Origin: Myxococcales bacterium
Lineage (GTDB): Bacteria; Myxococcota_A; UBA9042
Assembly: GCA_037441385.1 (NCBI GenBank)
Contig: JBBISH010000004.1
Location: forward strand, 86,659 to 150,658
DNA length: 64,000 bases
Direction: 5' to 3'
The notes beneath the pieces are model-generated. The model saw only the letters and a program-made list of their open reading frames with translations, did no database searches and was not told the origin of the DNA. Each line of letters opens with the position of its first letter. Position 1 is the stretch's first letter. Positions 8,461-18,052 of this stretch are shown in pieces. Made by a program: the position numbers and the translations under genes.

Positions 8461-11400
8461 TGCCACAGCACTTCTGCAGGCGGGCGCCTTGTTGCCGCTC
8501 CACGTCCAGACCGACGGCGCGGACCGAGTGGCGGCGCACAGCTTTGCCCATCCTGGGCTAGCCGATCCGGTCATTCGCTTGGTGCCCGAGGGGTTGGTGG
8601 CCGGCAGCGAAGCCGAGATGGAGGCCTTGGGCTTTGCCAAGCAAGGCGCGACACCCGCCCTGGCCTTGACGCGTCGGCGCGCCCCGGGCTTCCCGGGCTG
8701 GGCGCTGCTCCACGACCCCAAGAACGCCCGCTATGCCCTGGCAGTCGTGCAGGAGCTGAAGAAGGCGACGCGACGCATGACCAGCAAACCCGGCCACGCC
8801 AAAGACGCGTTGGTGGCGATTGCCCAGAAACTAAGCCGGAGCACTCCGCATTTCTTGCCCAGCTACTGGGAGGAGTGTGCGCGCCTGTTCCTGGCGGCTG
8901 GCAATCGGACGTTTGCGGCGCAGTGCTTCGAAAAGGCCCGCGAGGCCGAGCGCCAGTATGGACTGCAAGTCGTGGAAGAAGTGCGGGCCGAGGCGTTTCT
9001 CGAGTTTGCCTTGGCGGGTGCCCTGACGGCGAAGTCCCTGGCGGCCTATGGCAAGTCGCTGCTGGAAATCCCGGACAAAGGCAAGGCGTTTGCCGCCTTT
9101 GCGCACCTGTGCCTCAAGCGAACCTTGGGCGGCATGCCGCCATGGGCAGGCATGGCCAAGGACCTGCGCGGGCTGGCCAAGGCGGCCAAGCTCGATCCCG
9201 ATGGCGAGGAGCTAAGCTTTATCACTCAGGTTCTGCATGCACCGGCCTTGGTGCGCGCCCCAGCGGAGGTGTGGAAGGCTTGGCAAGCGCCGCTGAAGAA
9301 GCTGTGCGCCGCCCAGCCCGAGACGGTGGTGCAGTTGCTGGACCTGTGGCCAAGGCCGCAAAAGGTAAGCGACGAGGCGGCTTTTGCCGAGCAGTGGTCG
9401 GCGCTGTTGGTCGAGTGCGGCGGCCGGGCGTGGCTGCAGCAGGCCCCCAAGGGCAAGCCCGCAGCGTGGCTGAGTAAGTTGCTGCGTTGGAGCGAAGACC
9501 ACCCGCGCTATGTGTGCGATTGGCTGGGTTGGCTGGGGGCGCGGCTGGCCAGCGACCAAGTGCCCCTGGCGCTGGAAATCGACGTCGACGACGACGACGA
9601 CCACTGGTACGGCGAGCTGGACGCGCGCTTCGTCGAGCTGGCGCTGACCCACGGTGTGCCGCTGGGCGAGAACGAGAACCTGAGCATCGACTTGCTACCC
9701 TGGGCGCAAGACGGCGAGACTGCAGAGGATTTGCCGCGCACCGTGGCCGACGCTCGCTTTGGGCCGCTGTTCCTTACGGCCTTGGACCGCGTGTTTGGCG
9801 AAGAGGCATTCGAAAAGGTCGCGCGCGGCAAGGTGGCGCTGCGTGCGGGCCGAGCGGCCTGGCTGGACAAGCACATCGGCGAACTGGGCGACGGCGCGCT
9901 GCTGAGCTGCGCGGATGCGTTGGAAACCCTGGAAGAAAAGACCAGCCCAGAGCTGTTTGGCGAGTTCCCCGAAGCGCTCGAGAAGCTCCGTGCCGTCGCG
10001 GTGGCGCCGCTGCTGCAAAAGGTCTTGAATGCCGGCGTGTTCGATGAGCTGGGCTGGCCGGCGCTGGAAGCGGTGGTGGCCGAACTGCGCGGCACTGGCA
10101 AGACGCCCGCCGACGTGGAAGTAAGCGGCGCCTACCCGTGGCTGGTGGCCCACAACTTCAAGCGCGCGGTGGTGGTGGGGCCGAACGGTCCGGTCTTCAG
10201 CCACGACCTGAAACTGCCCAAAGGCGGGCGGCTTTTTGGCCTGCGCTACGCGTGCGGGCAGTTGCTGGTCGTGTTCCGCAACAGCGACTACGACGGCAAG
10301 GCCTACTGGTCCAGCAAACCCGCCGAGCTTTTGGACGTAGAGAACGAGTACTCGTGGCGCGGTGTGCGCCGCACCGGCGTGATCCTCGCCGATGGCAGCT
10401 TCTGCAACGGCGGCAAGGCCTTGCGCCCCGGTATGGCGGGCGACGGCGGCGGCGAGACGCTGCTCAGCGATGGCCGTTCGTGCTGGGTGTGGGACGACGG
10501 CCGCCGCGACGGCAAGGACCGTGTCGCGCCGGGCTGGTGCCTGCTGGATCCCCAGACGGGCAAGCAAGGTGAACGCAACACGCCGCCGTGGCTAGCGATC
10601 CCGCTGCCGGGCGGCACGCGCTGGGGCGACTACGACGACCAGCAGTGGCTGCCGGCGCCCGCAGGCCTACAAAGCTCGCCGTTGGGCTTGGCCGACGGGC
10701 AAGTGGGCGTGCGGATTTGGGAGTCGATTCCGCCCAAGACCGGCCCGGACGCGGGCGACGAAGGTGTCGTGGAATGGATGGTGGCCGAAGGCATCGACGG
10801 CCGGCGCTGGCACGGCTTTGTCGACGGCGACGAACCGAACGGGCTGCTGCGCTACCCCGGCAGCGAGCAAGTGCTGGCCGCGGTGGGCGATAGCGACGTG
10901 GCGGTCTGGCAGGGTGCGGGCGAAGACGACGACGCGGTCAAGATCCAAGACGTGGACGAAGACGACGACGACCGGCCGGCTGGCACGCCGTTGCTGCCGC
11001 CGCTGGCGTTTTGGCACTTCATGCAAACGCGCGACCTGCAAGGGAGTCAGGCGCTGCGCGCGCTGAATGGCGCCACTGCGCAGGCGCTGTTGGACGCGGG
11101 GGTGGCCCACGCCAACCAGGCACAGGACAAGAAGGAAGACGACGAGGCCGAGCTGCCGCTGGAGGTCGTGGCCCGCGTGATGCCCGCCCTGAACCACCCT
11201 GGCTTGCAGGCCGGCGTGGCGCAACAGGTGGCCTTCGCGGCCGATCTGCAGGTTCGGCTGGGCAAGCTGACCAGCGCCAGCGAGGAAGTGGCGGCGGTCA
11301 CCGACGGGCTAGGGGAGTTCAACGACAACGACATCCAAGAGGCCATTGGCCGGCAGTTCTTGGGTCACCGCTACGGCTACTCCGAACTGGCGCAAAGTAT

Positions 11401-13429
11401 GGCGGCCGCGCGAGCGCAGCTAGAGGTCCTGCCGCCTGCCGGTGGCCATGCTCTGCCCGCCAGCGACTTGCCGTGGCTGGAATGGGTGGGGCAAGAGAAC
11501 ACCCTGATCGCGCTGGCCTGTTCGGTTGGCGCGGCCCACCGCGAAAACGCCAAGCCAAACCTTCTGGCTTTGCTGCGGCGTTTGGCGGCGATGCCGTGGA
11601 CCCAGGCGCCAGGGCAGTTCGAACGGCAGAAGCTGAGTTTTGCCAGCGATCGTCCAGACTTTGTGCTCTTGGGCGAGTTCGACGAAGAGGACTACGAGCC
11701 CGAAGATCCCAAGCCGGTGGCGGCCAGTTGGGTCTACAGCGATGGCCAGCGTGCCTGGATCGTGCAGCGCACCAGCGACGACACGGATCGGCCCATCGAG
11801 CTGTACTGCCTGCATTTTGCGCCGACCGGCGAATTTGCGCTGCCCGAAGGGACCACCTCCGCCGAGCGCACACCGCTGCCTGGGGCCCCGTGGCGAGAAC
11901 GGCTGGAGACGGCGATTTCCCTAGCCGAGACACATGATTTCAGTGTGTTGCCCGCTGGCGTGGCCGAGGCGTTGGCCGAGCGCACCGGGCTGTCGCGGCC
12001 CGAGGCGGCGTGGCTCTGGGCCGGACTGCCGGTGGTGAGCCGCTATGCCGCCGATTTCATGGGCAAGCCGCTCCGCGACGCGCTGGGTCTGAAGCTGGCC
12101 GAGGCCAAGGCCGCCAAGACCAGCCTGGGGGATCTGGAGAGCGGGCCGCTGTGGGCCATGTTTGCCGCAGCGCTGCCCGAGGATCCGGCCGGACTGCGCG
12201 AGCCGCTGCAAGGCAGTCCAAGCCCCGTCGAGCGATTCGCCCAGGCATACGCGGACTCGCAGGGCAAGCGTGTGCCGCTGCCGCCGGAGCTCTTGACCGA
12301 GGTCGAGCGGCGCCTGAGCCCGGACCTGGACACGCGCGAGCTGTTGACGGCGCTGGCAGATCCCGGCCTGCCGTCGCCGTTTGCCCGCGACGCGGCTTGG
12401 ACCATGGACGCCTATGGCAGCGTGGATCAAGCCGATGCAGTCCCGTCCCCCTTTGACCTGGAGGCAGCAACCTCGCTGGCCAAGTTGGTGCCGTTCGTGG
12501 CCACGCAGCTGGCCGCGGGCGACCCGATGCGATCGCGGCTGGCCGAGCTGACCGACCTGGCGCGGCAGAGACTTGCCAACCCCAACCTGCTGTTTTCGCT
12601 GGACACGTGGTATGGCGAGGACCGCGGCAAGAAGAAGCGCAAGGCCTGGTTCGAGGCCCTGGGCGGCGAGCCGTTTGCGCCCAAGCTGGAAGACGCCGAA
12701 GCCAAGCCCCCGCTGGGGCGCGACGCCGGGTTGGTACTGGCAGTTCTGGACGACGATGCCTGCCCCAGCGCCGCCTGGCGGCCGGCACGCGTGCGCGACG
12801 AGCACGATTGGCAGCAATTGCAGGGCATTGTCGACCTGTTCAGCGAGGGCAGCGACGGTGCACTCGACGAGGGGCTGGCCGCGGTGCGGTTCCTGCAGAG
12901 TGCGGGGTGTCTGGCCCTGGCGGCGCGCGCGACAGCCTGTCCACTGCCGGCGGGCATGTGGGAGCAGAACCCACTGCAGTCGGCACCCGAGGTCGTGGCC
13001 GCGGCGCAAAAGCAGCTGAAATCATCGCAAGATGCCGCCGTTCTGTACCTGCAGCTGCTGACCCTGGCCGCGCCCACCCAGCGCGACGTGCTGGTGTGGA
13101 ATGGCTGGAAGGCGCCCCAATACAAGAAGGCGGCCGAGGAGTTGGCCAGCCTGGGCCTGATTCTGACCGGAAAGCGGGCACGGGCCGGACGCGACTGGTT
13201 CTTGCCGGGTGGCTGGGAGGAATTGCCCAGTCCGGACCTGCCGCTAGAGAGCTGGAAGGTGCCGCTCTACGGCCTGCACCGCAAGAACAATGGCAAGTTG
13301 CAGGCTCCGCTGGGGTGGGTTGCGCCGCTGCGGCCGCTGCACGAACTGTTTGCCCAAGCCTGGGAGCGGGTGGCCGCGGGCGACGTGCCAGCGCTAGAGA
13401 AGGCGCGGGCGGTCAAGGGAAAAATCTAG
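8453..13429 (+). CDS. 1658-aa protein of the Yeh-type MoxR system (helical/TPR-like N-terminus, beta-rich middle, possible wHTH C-terminus)
   Basis: Long ORF with coding-like composition, 8-nt overlap with the upstream gene; motifs GFPGWALLHDPKNA, EFALAGAL, YLQLLTL..PT...V..WNGW, KRARAGRDWFLPGGW. Confidence 0.85.
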   Translation: MLDATALLQAGALLPLHVQTDGADRVAAHSFAHPGLADPVIRLVPEGLVAGSEAEMEALGFAKQGATPALALTRRRAPGFPGWALLHDPKNARYALAVVQELKKATRRMTSKPGHAKDALVAIAQKLSRSTPHFLPSYWEECARLFLAAGNRTFAAQCFEKAREAERQYGLQVVEEVRAEAFLEFALAGALTAKSLAAYGKSLLEIPDKGKAFAAFAHLCLKRTLGGMPPWAGMAKDLRGLAKAAKLDPDGEELSFITQVLHAPALVRAPAEVWKAWQAPLKKLCAAQPETVVQLLDLWPRPQKVSDEAAFAEQWSALLVECGGRAWLQQAPKGKPAAWLSKLLRWSEDHPRYVCDWLGWLGARLASDQVPLALEIDVDDDDDHWYGELDARFVELALTHGVPLGENENLSIDLLPWAQDGETAEDLPRTVADARFGPLFLTALDRVFGEEAFEKVARGKVALRAGRAAWLDKHIGELGDGALLSCADALETLEEKTSPELFGEFPEALEKLRAVAVAPLLQKVLNAGVFDELGWPALEAVVAELRGTGKTPADVEVSGAYPWLVAHNFKRAVVVGPNGPVFSHDLKLPKGGRLFGLRYACGQLLVVFRNSDYDGKAYWSSKPAELLDVENEYSWRGVRRTGVILADGSFCNGGKALRPGMAGDGGGETLLSDGRSCWVWDDGRRDGKDRVAPGWCLLDPQTGKQGERNTPPWLAIPLPGGTRWGDYDDQQWLPAPAGLQSSPLGLADGQVGVRIWESIPPKTGPDAGDEGVVEWMVAEGIDGRRWHGFVDGDEPNGLLRYPGSEQVLAAVGDSDVAVWQGAGEDDDAVKIQDVDEDDDDRPAGTPLLPPLAFWHFMQTRDLQGSQALRALNGATAQALLDAGVAHANQAQDKKEDDEAELPLEVVARVMPALNHPGLQAGVAQQVAFAADLQVRLGKLTSASEEVAAVTDGLGEFNDNDIQEAIGRQFLGHRYGYSELAQSMAAARAQLEVLPPAGGHALPASDLPWLEWVGQENTLIALACSVGAAHRENAKPNLLALLRRLAAMPWTQAPGQFERQKLSFASDRPDFVLLGEFDEEDYEPEDPKPVAASWVYSDGQRAWIVQRTSDDTDRPIELYCLHFAPTGEFALPEGTTSAERTPLPGAPWRERLETAISLAETHDFSVLPAGVAEALAERTGLSRPEAAWLWAGLPVVSRYAADFMGKPLRDALGLKLAEAKAAKTSLGDLESGPLWAMFAAALPEDPAGLREPLQGSPSPVERFAQAYADSQGKRVPLPPELLTEVERRLSPDLDTRELLTALADPGLPSPFARDAAWTMDAYGSVDQADAVPSPFDLEAATSLAKLVPFVATQLAAGDPMRSRLAELTDLARQRLANPNLLFSLDTWYGEDRGKKKRKAWFEALGGEPFAPKLEDAEAKPPLGRDAGLVLAVLDDDACPSAAWRPARVRDEHDWQQLQGIVDLFSEGSDGALDEGLAAVRFLQSAGCLALAARATACPLPAGMWEQNPLQSAPEVVAAAQKQLKSSQDAAVLYLQLLTLAAPTQRDVLVWNGWKAPQYKKAAEELASLGLILTGKRARAGRDWFLPGGWEELPSPDLPLESWKVPLYGLHRKNNGKLQAPLGWVAPLRPLHELFAQAWERVAAGDVPALEKARAVKGKI

Positions 13430-13447
13430 TCGAATCGGGAGTGGACC

Positions 13448-14614
13448 ATGCCGACCGCGATGCAGGCGCCGCCGCCTGAGCTGACCTATGCGACCGAATT
13501 GGCGTTCTTGCAGGCCTGGGATCCGGGGCCGCGGCCGCCCGGCTGGCGGCTGACGCCGCAGGCCGTGGTGACTTTTGTGGTCGGCTCGCGCGGCGAGACC
13601 TTGAAGTTCAAGCGCTCGGCCGACGCGCCCGAAGGGGTGCCGCAAGCCCTGGTGATTGCCGAGAAGTACGTGGGCGAGCGGGCACTTGTCGAGCGGTGCG
13701 TGGTCACGCTGGCTGGCGAGCGCGGGCTGCTGCTCGTCGGCGAGCCGGGTACGGCCAAGTCGATGCTGTCCGAGTTGCTGGCGGCGGCGATCTCGGGGTC
13801 GAGCGCCCTGACCGTGCAAGGCACCGCCGGGACTCAGGAAGAAGCGCTGCGCTACAGCTGGAACTACGCGCTGCTCTTGGCCAAGGGACCGGTGCCCGAG
13901 GCGCTGGTGCCGTCGCCGCTGCTGGTGGCGATGCGGCGCGGGGCACTGGCACGCGTCGAAGAGATCACCCGCTGCCTGCCCGAAGTGCAAGACGCCCTGA
14001 TCTCGCTGATGTCTGACCGGCGCTTGAGCGTGCCCGAACTGGGCGGCGACACCCAAGAGCACGCCCTGCCCGGCTTCAACGTCATCGCCACCGCCAACCT
14101 GCGCGACCGCGGCGTGAGCGAGATGTCGGCGGCGCTCAAGCGGCGTTTCAACTTCGAGACGGTGCCGCCGATTGCCGAGGCTGCGCGCGAGGTTGCCCTG
14201 GTGCGGCGCCAGGCCAAGGCCAGCCTGGAGCGGGTGGGGCAGCCGCTGCAAGTCGACGACCACGTGCTGGCGGCGCTGGTGACGGCCTTCCGCGACCTGC
14301 GCAACGGCCGCAGCGACGAGGGCTGGCTGGTCGAGAAGCCGGGCACGGTCATGAGCGCGGCCGAGGCCTGCAACGTGGCCAGTTCGCTGGGAGTTCAGCG
14401 CGCCTACTTTGCCGGGGCCGAGCCGACGGCGCTGCTGCCCGGCTACCTGCTGGGGGTGGTGGAGAAAGACGACCCCAAGGATCGCGGGCGGTTGCTGGCC
14501 TACTGGGATGGGCCGGTGCGGCGGCGGGCCGAGGCCGAGAAAGCGAGCGCGGGTGGCCCCGGTGTGTGGGCGCAGCTTTTCGCCCTGCGGTCGATCTTGG
14601 AAGCGCAAGGCTAG
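13448..14614 (+). CDS. MoxR-family AAA+ ATPase, YehL-like
   Basis: Walker A GEPGTAKS, YSWNYA, Walker B ARVEEITR, TANLRDRGVSEMSAALKRRFNF. Confidence 0.92.
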   Translation: MPTAMQAPPPELTYATELAFLQAWDPGPRPPGWRLTPQAVVTFVVGSRGETLKFKRSADAPEGVPQALVIAEKYVGERALVERCVVTLAGERGLLLVGEPGTAKSMLSELLAAAISGSSALTVQGTAGTQEEALRYSWNYALLLAKGPVPEALVPSPLLVAMRRGALARVEEITRCLPEVQDALISLMSDRRLSVPELGGDTQEHALPGFNVIATANLRDRGVSEMSAALKRRFNFETVPPIAEAAREVALVRRQAKASLERVGQPLQVDDHVLAALVTAFRDLRNGRSDEGWLVEKPGTVMSAAEACNVASSLGVQRAYFAGAEPTALLPGYLLGVVEKDDPKDRGRLLAYWDGPVRRRAEAEKASAGGPGVWAQLFALRSILEAQG

Positions 14615-14617
14615 CAG

Positions 14618-17600
14618 ATGGCCCCGCAGCACCCCAACCCGGCCGACGTGCTGGCGATCCTGGCCCAAAGCCAGGCGCCGCACCTGATCGGCGTGCGTCA
14701 CCACTCGCCCTCGCTCGCCGCGGCGATGCCGGCGCTGCTGGAGGCCGCCCAGCCCGACGTCTTGCTGCTGGAATTGCCTGCCGATCTGCAGAGTTGGCTG
14801 CCGTGGCTTGCCCATCCCGACACGGAGGCACCGGTGGCGCTGGCCGCCGAGGGAACCGCGTTCTACCCCTTTGCCGACTTTTCGCCCGAGCTGGCGGCGG
14901 TGCGTTGGTGCCAGCTGCACAGCGTGCCGGTCGTGGCGTTTGATCGGCCCATTGGGGCAGAAGGGCTTGCAGATACTCAGGAAGCCGGGTCGCGTCTTGG
15001 GCTGGGCGAGCACTTGGAGCAGCAGGCCCAAGCCGCGAGCGCCGCCGATTTGTGGGACCAACTGGTCGAGGCGCGGGCCGCCGATTCGTCGGCCGAGGCG
15101 CTGCGACGGGCGGCGCTACTGGCGGGCTGGGCGCTGCGACTGGACGCCGGGGCGCTGGCTTGCCGCGATGCGGCCCGCGAAGCCCATATGCGACAAGTCC
15201 TTGCCGAGCAACAGGTCAAAGGCGTGCGACGACCTGTGGCTGTGGTCGGTTCGTTCCATGCGGCCGCCCTGATCGAGCCGGGCCCTGGCGATCCCTATCC
15301 CCGGGCGCCGGCGCCGACCGGGGCGGTGCGACCGGTGACTTCGGCGCTGTTGCCCTATGCTTTCGAGCTGTTCGATGATCGTTCCGGCTACCCGGCAGGG
15401 ATCCGCGACCCGGCGTGGCGGCAGGCGCTGTGGTCGGCGTTGCCCCAGGGCGCGGCGGCCGTGCACGCGCGCACCGAAGAACTGTTGGTCGACATTGCCC
15501 GGCACTTGCGCAGCGAGCGGCACGTGGCTGGCCTGCCGGATGTGGCCGCGGCCACACAAATGACCCGAGATCTGGCGCAGTTGCGTGGCCTACCCGCCCC
15601 CGGACGCGCCGAACTGCTGCAGGCGGTCATGAGTGCACTGGGCCAAGGCGAGCCCCTGGGCCGCGGTCGGGTGCTGGCGCGGGCGCTGGAGTCGGTGTTG
15701 GTGGGCCGGCGGCGCGGGCGGGTGGCGCCGGGGGCCCCGCGTTGTGGACTGGCGCCGCACGTGGAAGCGCTGCTTCGGGAACTGAAGCTGCCCGGTCCAG
15801 ACGAGGCAGGCAAGAATCCCCAGCAGGTGCGCCTGGATCCGCTGCGCTCGCCGCTGGACCGGCGCCGCCACGTCGCCCTGCATCAACTCGCGGCCTGCCA
15901 AGTGCCCTACGGCGAACTCCGGACCGGTGAAGGTGAATTCCTGACGGCGGTGTGGTCGCCGCAGTGGACGCCCGCCACCGAGGCCATGCTGGCGGTGGCA
16001 AGCCTGCGGGGGGCGACGCTGCCCCAAGCGGCCGAGGGCGCGCTGCGGGCCGAATACAAGCAGCGCTGTGAGCAAGGTGATCGCCAGGGCACCGCGCTAC
16101 TGGACAGTCTTGAGCAGGCCGGCGAGTGCGGCTTGGTCGACTTGGCGGCCACGTGGGCAGGTGAACTTGTGGGGGTTTTGGGCAGCCAAGGCGAACTGGC
16201 CGAGCTGGTGCGGGCAGTGGGTTTGCACGACCGCATCGCGGCTGGGCATGTCGCGGGCCTTTTGATCGAGCCGGTCCGCTCCTGGTTCGCACCCGACACG
16301 CGCGTGGAGCTGCTGCGCGCGGCCGTTCGCCATCTGGAAGCGCTGGCGGGGGCCACGGATCTTGGCTCTGCGCAAGCGCTTTTAGAGCTTGTGCAACTGG
16401 CGGGCGAGCTGGACTCGGCGCGGTTGCGGGCGGCCCTGGACCAGTTGGCCGCGCAAGGCTCGCCCCTGATGCAGGGGGCGGCGGCGGCGGCAAAGGTTCA
16501 TACAGGACAGGCGGATGCAACGTCCTTTGGCGTGGACGCGGCCTCGGTGTTCGACTGGACCGAGCCGCACGCCCGCGCGGGCTGGTGGCAGGGCGCGTGG
16601 GCCGTGGCTGGTGCACAGATCGAGGCGGACCCGGCGCTTTTGCAGCCCTTGGCGCAGCGGGTCGAGCAGACGGACGACGCGAGTTTCTTGCGCACTTTGC
16701 CCAGTCTTCGCGAAGGCTTTGAGGCCCTGTCGCCTGGGGCGCGCTCCCGCCTGCTGGAAGAGCTGGACAGTCGCCTGGGGCTGGGGCGCCAACTGGGTGA
16801 ACTGCGGGCGGACCCCGCGTGGCTGGCCCAAGTGGCGGCTGCCGACGCCGCCGGGCAGCGTGCGGCCGAGGCCGTGTTTGGCCCCTGGGCGACACAAGAG
16901 CCTACCAGTACAGGGGAATCACCGATCGCCCCGACCGCGCAGTGGCCCGACCAGGTGGCGGGCGCCCTGTCCTCGGCCGATCGCTGGCGGCTGATCTTGG
17001 GGCGGCAAAACCAGCGTCGACTGTGTCAGCACGCCGCCGGATTTGCCCACAGTTTGGAAGCGTTGTATGGCTTTGGCCAAGGCGAGGGCAGCGAAGGCGA
17101 CCTGGCCGGCAGCGACCACGAGGCCCAGCCCACCGTGCGCGAGTGGGCGGGCGAGCTGGAGGCGCTGTTCGGGGCCGAGGTCCGCGAAGAGGTGCTGGCC
17201 CGGGCGGCCGAGCGAGGCGAGCCCCAAGCGGCGCTGGAATTGGATCCGGACCAAGTGCGGCCGTCGGTCGATCTGCTGCAGGCCATCTTGCAGCACAAAG
17301 GTGGGCTGGCCGAGGGGCAATTGACCCACTTGCGCAAGCTGGTCGACCGCATCATTGCCCAGCTGGTGCAAGAGCTTGCGGTGCGCCTGCGCCCTGCACT
17401 GTGTGGTTTGGGTACGCCCCAAGTGACGCGGCGCCCGCGCGGGCCCCTGGACCTGCGACGGACTCTGCAGGCCAACCTGCGCGGCGTGCGGCCCGACCGC
17501 GATCCGCCGCTGCTGCCCGAGACGTTCCGCTTCCGCACACGGGCCAAAAGGTCGCTGGATTGGCGGGTGATCGTGGTGGTCGACGTGTCGGGTTCGATGG

Positions 17601-18052
17601 AGCCGAGCGTCATCTACGCGGCCCTGGTGGCGGCGATCCTGGCGGGCATGCCGGCGTTCTCGGTGGATTTCCTAGCGTTTTCCACCAAGGTCGTCGATCT
17701 GAGCGAGCACGTGAGCGACCCGTTGGGGCTGCTGCTGGAAGTCCAAGTCGGCGGGGGGACTTACATCGGCAAGGCCTTGCAGGTGGCCCGCGAGCGAGTG
17801 CGGGTGCCCAACCGCACCTTGCTGCTTTTGCTGAGTGACTTCGAGGACGGCGGTCCGCAGGGGCTGCTGCTCGAACAGGTGCGCGTGCTCGTTGAATCGG
17901 GCGTGATCGCCCTGGGGCTCGCGGCCTTGGACGACGTGGGCCAGCCGCGGTACAGCCGCAGCGTAGCCGAGCGCGTGGCGGCGGCGGGCATGCCGGTGGC
18001 GGCTCTGACGCCGCTTGCCTTGGCCCAGTGGATCGGGGAGCAAGTGCGATGA
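14618..18052 (+). CDS. DUF5682 (YehM-like) fused to a CoxE-type vWA domain (YehP-like)
   Basis: N-terminal IGVRHHSP, YPFADFSPE, SGYPAGIRDP; RWRLILG linker; LDLRRTL..NL; MIDAS DVSGSM, GGGTYI, LSDFEDG. Confidence 0.9.
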   Translation: MAPQHPNPADVLAILAQSQAPHLIGVRHHSPSLAAAMPALLEAAQPDVLLLELPADLQSWLPWLAHPDTEAPVALAAEGTAFYPFADFSPELAAVRWCQLHSVPVVAFDRPIGAEGLADTQEAGSRLGLGEHLEQQAQAASAADLWDQLVEARAADSSAEALRRAALLAGWALRLDAGALACRDAAREAHMRQVLAEQQVKGVRRPVAVVGSFHAAALIEPGPGDPYPRAPAPTGAVRPVTSALLPYAFELFDDRSGYPAGIRDPAWRQALWSALPQGAAAVHARTEELLVDIARHLRSERHVAGLPDVAAATQMTRDLAQLRGLPAPGRAELLQAVMSALGQGEPLGRGRVLARALESVLVGRRRGRVAPGAPRCGLAPHVEALLRELKLPGPDEAGKNPQQVRLDPLRSPLDRRRHVALHQLAACQVPYGELRTGEGEFLTAVWSPQWTPATEAMLAVASLRGATLPQAAEGALRAEYKQRCEQGDRQGTALLDSLEQAGECGLVDLAATWAGELVGVLGSQGELAELVRAVGLHDRIAAGHVAGLLIEPVRSWFAPDTRVELLRAAVRHLEALAGATDLGSAQALLELVQLAGELDSARLRAALDQLAAQGSPLMQGAAAAAKVHTGQADATSFGVDAASVFDWTEPHARAGWWQGAWAVAGAQIEADPALLQPLAQRVEQTDDASFLRTLPSLREGFEALSPGARSRLLEELDSRLGLGRQLGELRADPAWLAQVAAADAAGQRAAEAVFGPWATQEPTSTGESPIAPTAQWPDQVAGALSSADRWRLILGRQNQRRLCQHAAGFAHSLEALYGFGQGEGSEGDLAGSDHEAQPTVREWAGELEALFGAEVREEVLARAAERGEPQAALELDPDQVRPSVDLLQAILQHKGGLAEGQLTHLRKLVDRIIAQLVQELAVRLRPALCGLGTPQVTRRPRGPLDLRRTLQANLRGVRPDRDPPLLPETFRFRTRAKRSLDWRVIVVVDVSGSMEPSVIYAALVAAILAGMPAFSVDFLAFSTKVVDLSEHVSDPLGLLLEVQVGGGTYIGKALQVARERVRVPNRTLLLLLSDFEDGGPQGLLLEQVRVLVESGVIALGLAALDDVGQPRYSRSVAERVAAAGMPVAALTPLALAQWIGEQVR

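Noticed and set aside
6858..8721. Minus-strand ORFs 6934-8721 and 6858-7319, and + ORF 7012-7350
   Set aside because: Antisense to the DUF4132 gene or low-complexity translations of the spacer; no recognisable motifs.
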